A DNA stretch of 64,000 nucleotides from Macrostomum lignano (lineage: Eukaryota), in contig NIVC01000406.1 of NCBI GenBank assembly GCA_002269645.1, positions 563,481 to 627,480 on the forward strand, written 5' to 3'. The position numbers were made by a program, and so were the translations under genes. Below, piece after piece: positions 33,069 through 43,953 of the stretch; positions within the stretch are counted from its first letter, which is position 1, and each line of letters starts with the position of its first letter. The notes under the pieces are model-generated. The model ran no database searches. It saw only the letters and a program-made list of their open reading frames with translations, and was not told the origin of the DNA.

Positions 33069-35443
33069 ATGATGCCTCAAATTTGTCGATTTGCTACCGG
33101 ACTGAGCCTCCTGGCTCTGCTGGCCGCGTCAAACCGCCTTGGCGACTCGGCGACGGCTGAGCTGTGTGAGTTCAACTGGGCAGGGATTAGGGGTTATTGT
33201 GCGAATAGGCTTAGGGGTGCAGTGTAATTAAGGTCTTGGGTTGTGTTAGACATCAAAGGCTAAAACATGCGAAAGCAAACAGTGCATAATAATCTTTTCT
33301 GCCTTGTGCACTAACTGGAAGCATTCCAACAGTAAGCTGCCGAATCCTTCAGACAGCCGAGCGGCCGCGCCGGGGTCGCCGGCCGGTGCGGTGAGCCGAG
33401 CGCCGTCGCAGAGCGCCATCGAGTGCTCGGCCCAGTGCAGCAGCGCTGGGCTGACCTGCAGGTCGGCGCTGTTTCTGCCAGCCGACGGAGTCTGCCTGAT
33501 GTCGGAGCAGCCTGCGGCGAATTTTTCTAGCGTCGTTGGAGGCGCGGTTGGCAGGCCGTTCGTGAAGTCGAGTTCAAAGGATGCGGCGGTCTTTACCTCC
33601 GCGATCCCGCCTGTCCCTGTGACGCATCAAGGTCAGTATTTGACTCCATACTCAATTCGTTTTCTTATTCGAGAACGTATTTTCAAATAAGAAAGCCGCT
33701 AGCATCTGCAAGTTAAGCAGAGTTTGCCGCGGTTAGCACGCAGCAGAATATGCTGTTTGTGTCGTCCCTATGATCTTTTATGAGATGCAGGGGGCTGTGT
33801 GCACCCTGGCGCACTTTAAGCGAAATATATTGTCACACAACCGGAGAGAGGCATTACTGCTCTGAGCTCCTCTGAGCAGGCACACTAGCGCGGGGATACG
33901 TACGCTGTCATGCGCACAGGCACACACTCACACAGGAATGTACAGATCTGATTTTATTTATCGTTAGGCATGTACACTTCACTGTGCCTTAGGCGTTGAC
34001 TCTCAAAGGGCGTTACCCCTAAAGACAGCCTTAGTTTTTATGCGCATTAAATATATAAAAGCGCATCCTTAATCACATCGTCAAGGAAGCCCTTCGTTGC
34101 GCTGAAATTGTAGACACGTCTGCTGCCGGCCCCGCTCCCACCACGGCTGCTCCGATTCTACTTGGCTACAAAACCCAGAGAGGCAGTCGCGAGTTTCGAG
34201 TTTTCCAGCAGCGACTCAACGGCAGCATCAGCTTTGCCAGAACGTGGGCCGAGTACGAATCGGGATTCGGCGATCAAAGCAACTTCTTCATCGGTGAGTT
34301 AGAAATGACTCAGGACCGTAAACTACTTTTGATTTACAGATAGTAGCTGATGCGCACATTGCAAGAATATTATGACATGTAATTCAAAGAAAATTATTTT
34401 TCATGTTTCGCATTTTTCACATTTGTGGAGTTTGGGATTGTGGAGTCTGGGGATTGTGGAGTTTGGGGATTGTGGAGTTTGGGGATTGTGGAGTTTGAGG
34501 ATTGTGGAGTCTGGGGATTGTTGAGTTTGGGGATTGTGGCGTTTGTGAGGATTGTGGAGTTTGGGATTGTGGAGTTTGGGGGATTGTGGAGTTTGGGGGA
34601 TTGTGGAGTTTGGGGGATTGTAAAGTTTAGGGATTGTAGAGTTTGGGGATTGTGGAGTTTGGGATTGCGGAGTTTGGGGATTGTGGAGTTTGGGGTTGTG
34701 GAGTTTGGGGATCGTGGCGTTTGTGATGATTGTGGAGTTTGGGATTGTGGAGTTTGGGGATTGTGGAGTTTGGGATTGTGGAGTTTGGGATTGCGGAGTT
34801 TGGGGATTGTGGCGTTTGTGAGGATTGTGGACTTTGGGATTGTGGAGTTTAGGGATTGTGGAGTTTGGGGATTGCGGAGTTTGGGGATTGTGGAGTTTGA
34901 GCATTTTGGAATCAGGTCGCTTAGGGAAAATGAGATTTGTGGCGGTAAAAGCAGCCCAGTTTAAAATGAACTCCCTCCGCAGGCCTGTCGGTGCTGCATG
35001 CGCACACTGGCTACGCGCCCAGAACGGCCCGAGTGGAAGCCAACCTCTGGAACGGCACCCTGCTGGTAGCTGAGTTCCCCAGCTTTCGACTCAGCAACCG
35101 GTCCACCAACTACGCTTTGGAAGTCGGCAACGCGGTGAGCAGCGGCTGGACGAACTCCTCCTGCTGCAGCTTCGCCAGCTCGGGCGCGCAGTTCTCCACC
35201 TTGGACTCGGACAATGACGCAGTTTCGGGGAATTTTTTGTCCAGAGATTTCGCGGGCAGAGCCGGCTGGTGGTTCGATTATAAGAATTTTATCAAGTGCG
35301 CCAACCTGAATGGAGAGTACACCAGTGCTGGGGACACCAGCAGCGCAAGCGAGGCTTCGTTTCACTGGAGTGCCAAGGCAGCGAGCGACGGGTGCAACGC
35401 CGTCAGCTTGAAGAGCTCCCTGATCATGCTGGAAATTCTCTGA
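33069..35443 (+). CDS. Secreted PAN/apple + fibrinogen-C domain protein (third FReD paralog); exons 33069-33165, 33353-33631, 34114-34293, 34983-35443, about 338 aa
   Basis: All introns are GT..AG phase 1. Signal peptide MMPQICRFATGLSLLALLAAS; PAN-like Cys pattern; VFQQRLNGSISFARTWAEYESGFGDQSNFFIG; FSTLDSDND, AGWWF and CANLNGEY. Confidence 0.88.
34420..34902. repeat. 16-18 bp minisatellite (GGGATTGTGGAGTTTG)n in FReD intron 3; the same family occurs inverted at 40365-40760
   Basis: Tandem array visible directly. The reverse complement matches the CCAAACTCCACAATCCC array. Confidence 0.92.
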
Positions 35444-36128
35444 ATCGAATCTTAAGCAGCTGATGCTCATGATCAAGTGGAGCATCTTAAGGACCAAACC
35501 AAAATTTGTAATTCTTTCTAATCCTTCGCTAATGCACTTTGACGCAATAGTTCATGTAGCCCTTCTTGTGGAGTGAAGTGAATTGAAAAATACAAAAATA
35601 TTTGCAAATTTAATATTGGCAAAGATTTCTGACACAAGCATGCATCCCACTTTTGTGTTCGACACTTTACAGGTACAAGGGAAACCCGTCCCTCCTGCGC
35701 CATGCGTCCTGACGCTTAGCTGCAGGTGGCTAGAGTCACGGCGTTCTGACGCCCCAGATTCCGGGAGCATGGCAAGCAGTGCCCGTTTACTAGTACAATA
35801 GCCTGTACACCCGACCGTACCCCGTGAGCCAGGAATTCAGGGTTACAACGCCATGTTATCAATCATTTATTTTGGCCATAGACATCCGCAGCATGCCGAT
35901 GGGAGCCGAAAGGAAGCTCAGCTCCGGACAAAAACAACTGTCTGCAATCAACTAGAAACACTCCCACCCAGGTGTACTGTGATTAACTAATGCTTTGTGC
36001 TAACTTAAAGGCTAGAAGAGACCCTTTCTGCAAAAGCTAGGTCTCTAACTAATCAATTTGCTTCGAAAAAAGAAGAAAATCAGGCAAAACAGTGACGCTT
36101 CCGGAATTAATTAAAGTTTCGGCCTTAA

Positions 36129-38208
36129 GTGGTTCCTGATCAGGACTGACTTCAGTTCAAGCTTCTGCTGCAGTGGTTCCTGATCAGGACTGACTTCAGT
36201 TCAAGCTTCTGTTGCAGTGGTTCCTGATCAGGACTGACTTCAGTTCAAGCTTCTGCTGCAGTGGTTCCTGATCAGGACTGACTTCAGTTCAAGCTTCTGC
36301 TGCAGTGGTTCCTGATCAGGACTGACTTCAGTTCAAGCTTCTGCTGGTGGTTCCTGATCAGGACTGACTTCAGTTCAAGCTTCTACTGCAGTGGTTCCTG
36401 ATCAGGACTGACTTCAGTTCAAGCTTTTGCTGGTGTGGTTCCTGATCAGGACTGACTTCAGCTCAAGCTTCTGCTGCAGTGGTTCCTGATCAGGACTGAC
36501 TTCAGTTCAAGCTTCTACTGCAGTGGTTGCTGATCAGGACTGACTTCAGTTCAAGCTTTTGCTGGTGGTTCCTGATCAGGACTGACTTCAGTTCAAGCTT
36601 TTGCTGGTGGTTCCTGATCAGGACTGACTTCAGTTCAAGCTTCTACTGCAGTGGTTGCTGATCAGGACTGACTTCAGTTCAAGCTTTTGCTGGTGTGGTT
36701 CCTGATCAGGACTGACTTCAGCTCAAGCTTCTGCTGCAGTGGTTCCTGATCAGGACTGACTTCAGTTCAAGCTTCTGCTGCAGTGGTTCCTGATCAGGAT
36801 TGACTTCAGTTCAAGCTTCTGCTGGTGGTTCCTGATCAGGACTGACTTCAGTTCAAGCTTCTACTGCAGTGGTTGCTGATCAGGACTGACTTCAGTTCAA
36901 GCTTTTGCTGGTGTGGTTCCTGATCAGGACTGACTTCAGCTCAAGCTTCTGCTGCAGTGGTTCCTGATCAGGACTGACTTCAGTTCAAGCTTCTACTGCA
37001 GTGGTTGCTGATCAGGACTGACTTCAGTTCAAGCTTTTGCTGGTGGTTCCTGATCAGGACTGACTTCAGTTCAAGCTTTTGCTGGTGGTTCCTGATCAGG
37101 ACTGACTACAGTTCAAGCTTCTGCTGCAGTGGTTGCTGATCAGGACTGACTTCAGTTCAAGCTTCTGCTGCAGTGGTTCCTGATCAGGACTGACTTCAGT
37201 TCAAGCTTCTGCTGCAGTGGTTCCTGATCAGGACTGACTTCAGCTCAAGCTTCTGCTGCAGTGGTTCCTGATCAGGACTGACTTCAGTTCAAGCTTCTGC
37301 TGGTGGTTCCTGATCAGGACTGACTTCAGTTCAAGCTTCTGCTGCAGTGGTTCCTGATCAGGACTGACTTCAGTTCAAGCTTTTGCTGCAGTGGTTCCTG
37401 ATCAGGACTGACTTCAGTTCAAGCTTCTGCTGCAGTGGTTCCTGATCAGGACTGACTTCAGTTCAAGCTTCTGCTGCAGTGGTTCCTGATCAGGACTGAC
37501 TTCAGTTCAAGCTTTTGCTGGTGTGGTTCCTGATCAGGACTGACTTCAGCTCAAGCTTCTGCTGCAGTGGTTCCTGATCAGGACTGACTTCAGTTCAAGC
37601 TTCTACTGCAGTGGTTGCTGATCAGGACTGACTTCAGTTCAAGCTTCTACTGCAGTGGTTCCTGATCAGGACTGACTTCAGTTCAAGCTTTTGCTGGTGG
37701 TACCTGATCAGGACTGACTTCAGTTCAAGCTTCTGCTGCAGTGGTTCCTGATCAGGACTGACTTCAGTTCAAGCTTCTGCTGCAGTGGTTCCTGATCAGG
37801 ACTGACTTCAGTTCAAGCTTCTGCTGCAGTGGTTCCTGATCAGGACTGACTTCAGTTCAAGCTTCTGCTGCAGTGGTTCCTGATCAGGACTGACTTCAGT
37901 TCAAGCTTCTGCTGCAGTGGTTCCTGATCAGGACTGACTTCAGTTCAAGCTTCTGCTGCAGTGGTTCCTGATCAGGACTGACTTCAGTTCAAGCTTCTGC
38001 TGCAGTGGTTCCTGATCAGGACTGACTTCAGTTCAAGCTTCTGCTGCAGTGGTTCCTGATCAGGACTGACTTCAGTTCAAGCTTCTGCTGCAGTGGTTCC
38101 TGATCAGGACTGACTTCAGTTCAAGCTTCTGCTGCAGTGGTTCCTGATCAGGACTGACTTCAGTTCAAGCTTCTGCTGCAGTGGTTCCTGATCAGGACTG
38201 ACTTCAGT
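36129..38208. repeat. 44-bp satellite, about 47 copies (GTGGTTCCTGATCAGGACTGACTTCAGTTCAAGCTTCTGCTGCA)
   Basis: Near-identical tandem units with 41- and 43-bp variants. No unique spacers. Confidence 0.97.
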
Positions 38209-38709
38209 CTTCAGTTCGTATTTTCTTATTATGTATTTCTCCAGCGCGCCAGTCGCGAGTCACAACAATAAAAGTCGAATGAAAGACGGACAAAAAGCGA
38301 TTAAAAGAAGGCAGCTGACACCAGCGGAGTGAACGGGCAGCGGGGTGAAGACCCCTAGGAAAGGACGAACACAAAAGTAGAAAAAATGCAGTCACATAGG
38401 GAAAAACGGGACATGATACAGCTGATGAGTGGCACAGGAGTTCTACACTGCAGTGACTGACAAAAAATTCAACTATGACATTACTGACATTAAAATGAAA
38501 ACAGAAAAACCGTAGCTAATGAACAAAAAAAGCAAAACTTGCAATTAGAAGAGGAAATCATTATAAAAGCTATTTAGATAGCGAACAACACAGGCAAAAC
38601 GCACACAATTAATACGACTGTCGCTGATGAACTCAAATACCGGATCCGCCTGTTTCCGCATGTACACTGAAATTCTCTTTTAAATTCTAAGTCCTTTGTC
38701 ACTAATGGA

Positions 38710-39047
38710 AAGTTTCCATTGGCACTGATTCCCACTGTCACTGATTGATATTGTCACTGATCCCCATAGTCACTGATTCTTAAAATCATTCATTTCTATT
38801 GTCACGGATTCCAATTGTCACTCATTTCCATTGTCACTGATTCTTATAATCATTGATTCCCATTGTCACTGATTCCCACTGTCATTCATTTCCACTGTCA
38901 CTGATTCCCATTGTCACTGATTCCCTATTGTCACTGATTCCCATTGTCACTGACTCCTATTGTCACTGATTCCCATTGTCACTGACTCCCATTGTCACTG
39001 ACTCCCATTGTCACTGACTCCCATTGTCACTGATTCCCATTGTCACT
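38710..39047. repeat. 16-bp minisatellite (TTCCCATTGTCACTGA)n overlapping the stop codon of the CULT gene
   Basis: About 20 copies, degenerating leftwards. Confidence 0.92.
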
Positions 39048-39579
39048 GATTCTCCACCCAGGCCACGCCGCCACCGAGATCGCCAGAGTCCAGCAGGCGG
39101 TCCAGGATGAGGCCGTAGAAGGCCATCGCCGAGTCACTGACGGATCTGAACAGCCAGCCCAGGTGACCGCCACATTTCGGGCAGCCGCACACCTGCCAGG
39201 TGAAGCCGGGGAAGAACGTGCCATCCTCCACCTGCTGGCCGCTGGTGACAGTTAAGATGCCTTCAGTTGCCATGGTAACCACTTCAAACTCGTAGCCGGA
39301 CGGATTGACAAATCGCTGTAGGAGGGCGGACCGGCCGGCCACCGACCAGTTGCGGCTGCCGAGCGCCTGCGGGCTGGCCAGGGACAGCGGCAGGCTGGCG
39401 TTGGGGCTCGCCACGGTGGCGCCGCACTGCCGGCACAGCAGCGAGCGGGTCAGACCGGACGGCGAAGGCGAGGGCGACTGGGCGGCGAGAGACACGAGGC
39501 AACCGGCTGACAGGGCGGCCAGGAGGGCGATGAGGCGAGGAATTCTTGGCTGCGCTTGAGACCGACTGAGCCGCGACAT
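39043..39579 (-). CDS. Secreted CULT-domain (cereblon thalidomide-binding domain) protein, 178 aa
   Basis: Hydrophobic N-terminus (RLIALLAALSAGCLVSLAA). Zn-binding LLCRQC and CPKCGGHLGW, plus FVNPSGYEFEVVT and TFFPGFTW, match the cereblon C-terminal domain. Confidence 0.85.
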   Translation of the reverse strand: MSRLSRSQAQPRIPRLIALLAALSAGCLVSLAAQSPSPSPSGLTRSLLCRQCGATVASPNASLPLSLASPQALGSRNWSVAGRSALLQRFVNPSGYEFEVVTMATEGILTVTSGQQVEDGTFFPGFTWQVCGCPKCGGHLGWLFRSVSDSAMAFYGLILDRLLDSGDLGGGVAWVENQ

Positions 39580-39585
39580 CTGGAT

Positions 39586-40115
39586 GGGTGCAGGTTTGGG
39601 TGTGGGAAGAGTGCAGGTTTGGATGTGGGAAGAGTGCAGGTTTGGGTGTGGCAAGAGTGCAGGTTTGGGTGCGGGAAGAGTGCAGGTTTGGGTGCGGGAA
39701 GAGTGCAGGTTTGGATGTGGGAAGAGTGCAGGTTTGGGTGTGGCAAGAGTGCAGGTTTGGGTGCGGGAAGAGTGCAGGTTTGGGTGTGGGAAGAGTGCAG
39801 GTTTGGGTGTGGGAAGAGTGCAGGTTTGGGTGTGGGAAGAGTGCAGGTTTGGGTGCGGGAAGAGTGCAGGTTTGGGTGCGGGAAGAGTGAAGGTTTGGGG
39901 GTGGGAAGAGTGAAGGTTTGGGTGCGGGAAGAGTGCAGGTTTGGGTGTGGGAAGAGTGAAGGTTTGGGTGCGGGAAGAGTGCAGGTTTGGGTGTGGGAAG
40001 AGTGAAGGTTTGGGTGCGGGAAGAGTGCAGGTTTGGGTGTGGGAAGAGTGCAGGTTTGGGTGTGGGAAGAGTGCAGGTTTGGGTGTGGGAAGAGTGCAGG
40101 TTTGGGTGTGGGAAG
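39586..40115. repeat. 23-bp G-rich minisatellite (GTGCAGGTTTGGGTGTGGGAAGA)n
   Basis: About 23 copies, beginning a few nt upstream of the CULT ATG. Confidence 0.95.
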
Positions 40116-40364
40116 ATTTGCTAGTAGGAAAATTAAGACAAAAAAGTGACTTCAGAAAAATCTTTCAAGCTGATATTTCATCAAATTGAAAATTTTATTT
40201 TAAACTAGGATTACAGCTATAAAATTTATTATAACAGGCTGTACAATAATAGGTTAACAACTCGATGTCAGATTCTACACAAAATTGAAATGCCTAAATT
40301 AAAAAGCTGAGAAAAATAGGTGGTGTGGGTGCAAACGCAGCGGTTCCTAAACTCGCCAAACCTA

Positions 40365-40760
40365 CATGCTCAAACTCCACAATCCACCAAACTCCACAAT
40401 CCCCAAACTCCACAATCCCCAAACTCCACAATCCCCCAAACTCCACAATCCCCAAACTCCACAATCCCCCAAACTCCACAATCCCCAAACTCCACAACCC
40501 CCAAACTCCACAACCCCCCAAACTCCACAACCCCCCAAACTCCACAACCCCCCAAACTCCACAATCCCCAAACTCCACAATCCCAAACTCCACAAACCCA
40601 AAACTCCACAATCCCCAAACTCCACAACCCCCCAAACTCCACAACCCCCCAAACTCCACAACCCCCCAAACTCCACAATCCCCAAACCCCACAACCCCCA
40701 AACTTAACAATCCCCAAACTCAACAATCCTCAAACTCCACAATCCCCAAACTCCATAATC
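40365..40760. repeat. 16-18 bp minisatellite (CCAAACTCCACAATCCC)n
   Basis: Tandem array of the same family as 34420-34902. Confidence 0.92.
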
Positions 40761-40850
40761 CCAGATGCTCCACAATCTGGATTAGATATTTATCTGACAG
40801 CTGTCAAAACGGCGGCTGAAAAAGCGCGGGAGACGCAGCCGCCCGCAGCC

Positions 40851-41287
40851 TCACTTCCGCTTGCGCAGAGCCACATCATAAACCACGTCCTCGACCTTGG
40901 CGAGCTCCCTGGCCAGGCGGGCGTCAGCCGAGCCGCAGAGCTCGCCGCCGTCCCGCGCCAGCAGCCGGAATCCCCGGCGCAGGTCGGTCAGGCAGTCGAG
41001 GGCACGGCCCGGCAGCCTGGCGGAGGCGCCTTCGGCGATGACGGAGCCGACGCTGAGGCGGGCGAGCTCAGTGGCCAGGCCGAGGAGGCCCTGCAGGTGG
41101 TCGGCCAGCGGCAGCCGGGCGTCCCAGGCGTTGCTGGCGTCGGTCAGGCCGAGCTCCGCCGCCAGCTGGGCGCGGGTGGGTGGCCGGCCGGCTTCCAGAA
41201 AGTGCAGCAGCGAAACGGCAAGGGCCAGGCGCTGGCTGGCGCGGCGCCACTGTGGCTGGTGCCTGGCGGAGGAGCGACGTGTGGGAT
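40851..41287 (-). CDS. TSN: Translin-like protein, 3' exon (5' exons not found)
   Basis: [45 protein letters not shown] and [12 protein letters not shown] align by eye with translin (WRFVLQRL, DYLSGVLILASELSRLSVNSV, GFRLL, KVEEVVYDLSIR). Candidate acceptor TAG at 41290-41288. Confidence 0.75.
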
Positions 41288-41291
41288 CTAG

Positions 41292-41945
41292 GTGGGGATT
41301 GATGTGTGGGATCAGGGTGTGGTAATTGATGTGTGGGATCAGGGTGTGGTGATTGATGTGTGGGATCAGGGTGTGGTGATTGATGTGTGTGATCAGGGTG
41401 TGGTGATTGATGTGTGGGATCAGGGTGTGGTGATTGATGTGTGGGATCAGGGTGTGGGGATTGATGTGTGGGATCAGGGTGTGGTGATTGATGTGTGTGA
41501 TCAGGGTGTGGTGATTGATGTGTGGGATCAGGGTGTGGTGATTGATGTGTGTGATCAGGGTGTGGTGATTGATGTGTGTGATCAGGGTGTGGTGATTGAT
41601 GTGTGTGATCAGGGTGTGGTGATTGATGTGTGTGATCAGGGTGTGGTGATTGATGTGTGGGATCAGGGTGTGGTGATTGATGTGTGGGATAAGGGTGTGG
41701 TGATTGATGTGTGTGATCAGGGTGTGGTGATTGATGTGTGGGATCAGGGTGTGGTGATTGATGTGTGTGATCAGGGTGTGGTGATTGATGTGTGGGATCA
41801 GGGTGTGGTGATTGATGTGTGTGATCAGGGTGTGGTGATTGATGTGTGTGATCAGGGTGTGGTGATTGATGTGTGGGATCAGGGTGTGGTGATTGATGTG
41901 TGGGATAAGGGTGTGGGGATTGATGTGTGGGATCAGGGTGTGGTT
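41292..41945. repeat. 27-bp minisatellite (GTGTGGTGATTGATGTGTGGGATCAGG)n
   Basis: About 24 copies. Reads as HTLIPHINH repeats on the minus strand. Confidence 0.95.
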
Positions 41946-43081
41946 TTTGAAATTGAAATTCACTCTTAAAAATTCCAAAATTTGGAAAATTGAAATCAAA
42001 ATCAAAATTTTTTAATATCTCTACCCAAAGTGACCTGTCTTTATTTTGTTTTTGCTTTCATTTTTAAAAGCTATGCCAGCACTGGCACAATTTTAAATTT
42101 GCAAAATAATTACCCAAAACAAAATAAAATGCCAGACTTCAGAAGGTTACATATATGCTGGAAAATTCTAGCGTACAAATGACCCCTTTCAAAGTTAGCG
42201 TACAAATTTTGGCACACAATTGATGCCAATTTTTGGCATACCAATTTTGGTAAATGAATTCATACCATGCATGAAAATTGTAATGTAAATAACATTTTTT
42301 TATAAAATAAAGGACAAATTATATAGTCTAAAAAGTCAGTGATAAACTTTTTGCTTCTTTAAAATTAAAATTAAAATTAAACTAAATTAGTATAAATTAT
42401 TGCTAAAAATGTAATTTTTGCATAATTGTTTCTGCAGGTTTGATTTAACATTTTAAGTTTGTTTAAAATTATAGTATTTATAATAATCTTTAAAAAGACT
42501 TTTTATCCTTTCTTAGAAAACTCTATTTATGAAAACAAAATGAACTTTTTAGGAGGACTTTTTGGCATACATTTTAGAGAAACTATTTGTTTTTGGCATA
42601 CAGTGGCATACATGTAGGATGTAGCTAAGATAGGATTCTTGTTTCAGCATACACGACTACACAATCTGGACCCTGGGTAAAATGTTGCCTTATCTAGAAA
42701 TAAACTCATAAAAATCATAAACCATAAGTGGCATAAGTTAAAAATTGCAAACTTAAAACTTTTTGATGGTTATTAATATTTGCTAATTCAACTCCTACCT
42801 AGGCTAAAACATGAGATATAGGCCTATACTGAATGAATAATTTGACTTATTCTATAATAATACAAAATGAAAAATAACACGATGTACATCAGCAAAGGCA
42901 AAAAACTGGGGAAGGAAAAGATACAATACAATATCTCCAAAACTGATAGTGATATGACATTATACGTGGAGAGTGAGTGAATGATTATTAAAGCAATTAA
43001 AAGTAAGACTGGATACAGTACGATATCTGTCTTACATTTAATCTTACGCATAAAATATTATGATAGGGGTAGATAGATATG

Positions 43082-43343
43082 GGGCCTTTTCATATTGCTT
43101 GTTCTGAGTTCCAGAACCAGAACCAATTTGTGAAGTATAACTTTTGTCTCCATAACTAGAGGGAGATACGTGCTATAAAGTTTTTATTATTGAATGACAA
43201 TCGCCAAGAAGAAAGTGAAAAATCGAGCAAAGTGAGGCTGTTAAGGCAGTCAAACATTCAACAGAATTAAATAGTTATACTGCTGTTTTTCTTGGAAGAT
43301 CCGAACCGATTCTGATTCTGGAATTGGTAATATGAAAAGCCTC
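43082..43343. mobile_element. MITE (about 260 bp), copy 1
   Basis: Left TIR GGGCCTTTTCATATT and right end AATATGAAAAGCCTC. Internal sequence is nearly identical to copy 2. Confidence 0.75.
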
Positions 43344-43382
43344 ATGGTTAAAACAGAATCCAGAACAGTTAAAGTATCGATG

Positions 43383-43642
43383 GGGCCTTTTCATATTGCT
43401 TGTTCTGGTTCCAGAACCAGAACCAATTTGTAAAGTATAACTTTTTGTCTCCATAACTAGAGGGAGATACGTGCTATAAAGTTTTTATTATTGAATGACA
43501 ATCGCCAAGAAGAAAGTGAAAAATTGTGCTAAGTTAGGTTGTTTAGGCAGTCAAATATTAACAGAGTTTAATAGTTATACTGCTGTTTTTCTTGGAATTC
43601 CGAACCGATTCAGGTTCTGGAATTGGTAATATGAAAAGGCCC
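43383..43642. mobile_element. MITE (about 260 bp), copy 2
   Basis: Perfect 15-bp TIR GGGCCTTTTCATATT / AATATGAAAAGGCCC. GG-initiated ends resemble PIF/Harbinger-derived MITEs. Confidence 0.8.
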
Positions 43643-43953
43643 GTGCTGAGGTGAGGCAAACACGTTCAACGAAAAACTCAATGCAACGCTTCTACGAAAA
43701 AATCCACTTTAATATTTTATCATATTATAACACTGTTACCGTAAAAGATGTCCAATTAAGCTGAAAAAGCTGTGTTTTTAGACCCTTAGCAGTTTTTTTG
43801 GAAAAAAAATTTAAGTTTATTTTTTAATTTGCAAAAATCTTTTTGTCAGTTTTGGTTGCTCATCGAATTTTGCAAAACTTTGAAGTAGATTCTATCGTAC
43901 CTTTTTATCACAATTAAGATTTTTGTAACTCAGCCCCAAATATATCGGTTGGA

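Noticed and set aside
34401-34964. ORFs in the 16-27 bp minisatellites (also 39450-40189, 40294-40819, 41292-41969, 32302-32715)
   Set aside because: Translations of tandem repeats in introns or intergenic DNA, with no coding signature.
36129-38208. CRISPR array
   Set aside because: Palindromic repeats but no unique spacers and no cas genes, in a eukaryotic context.
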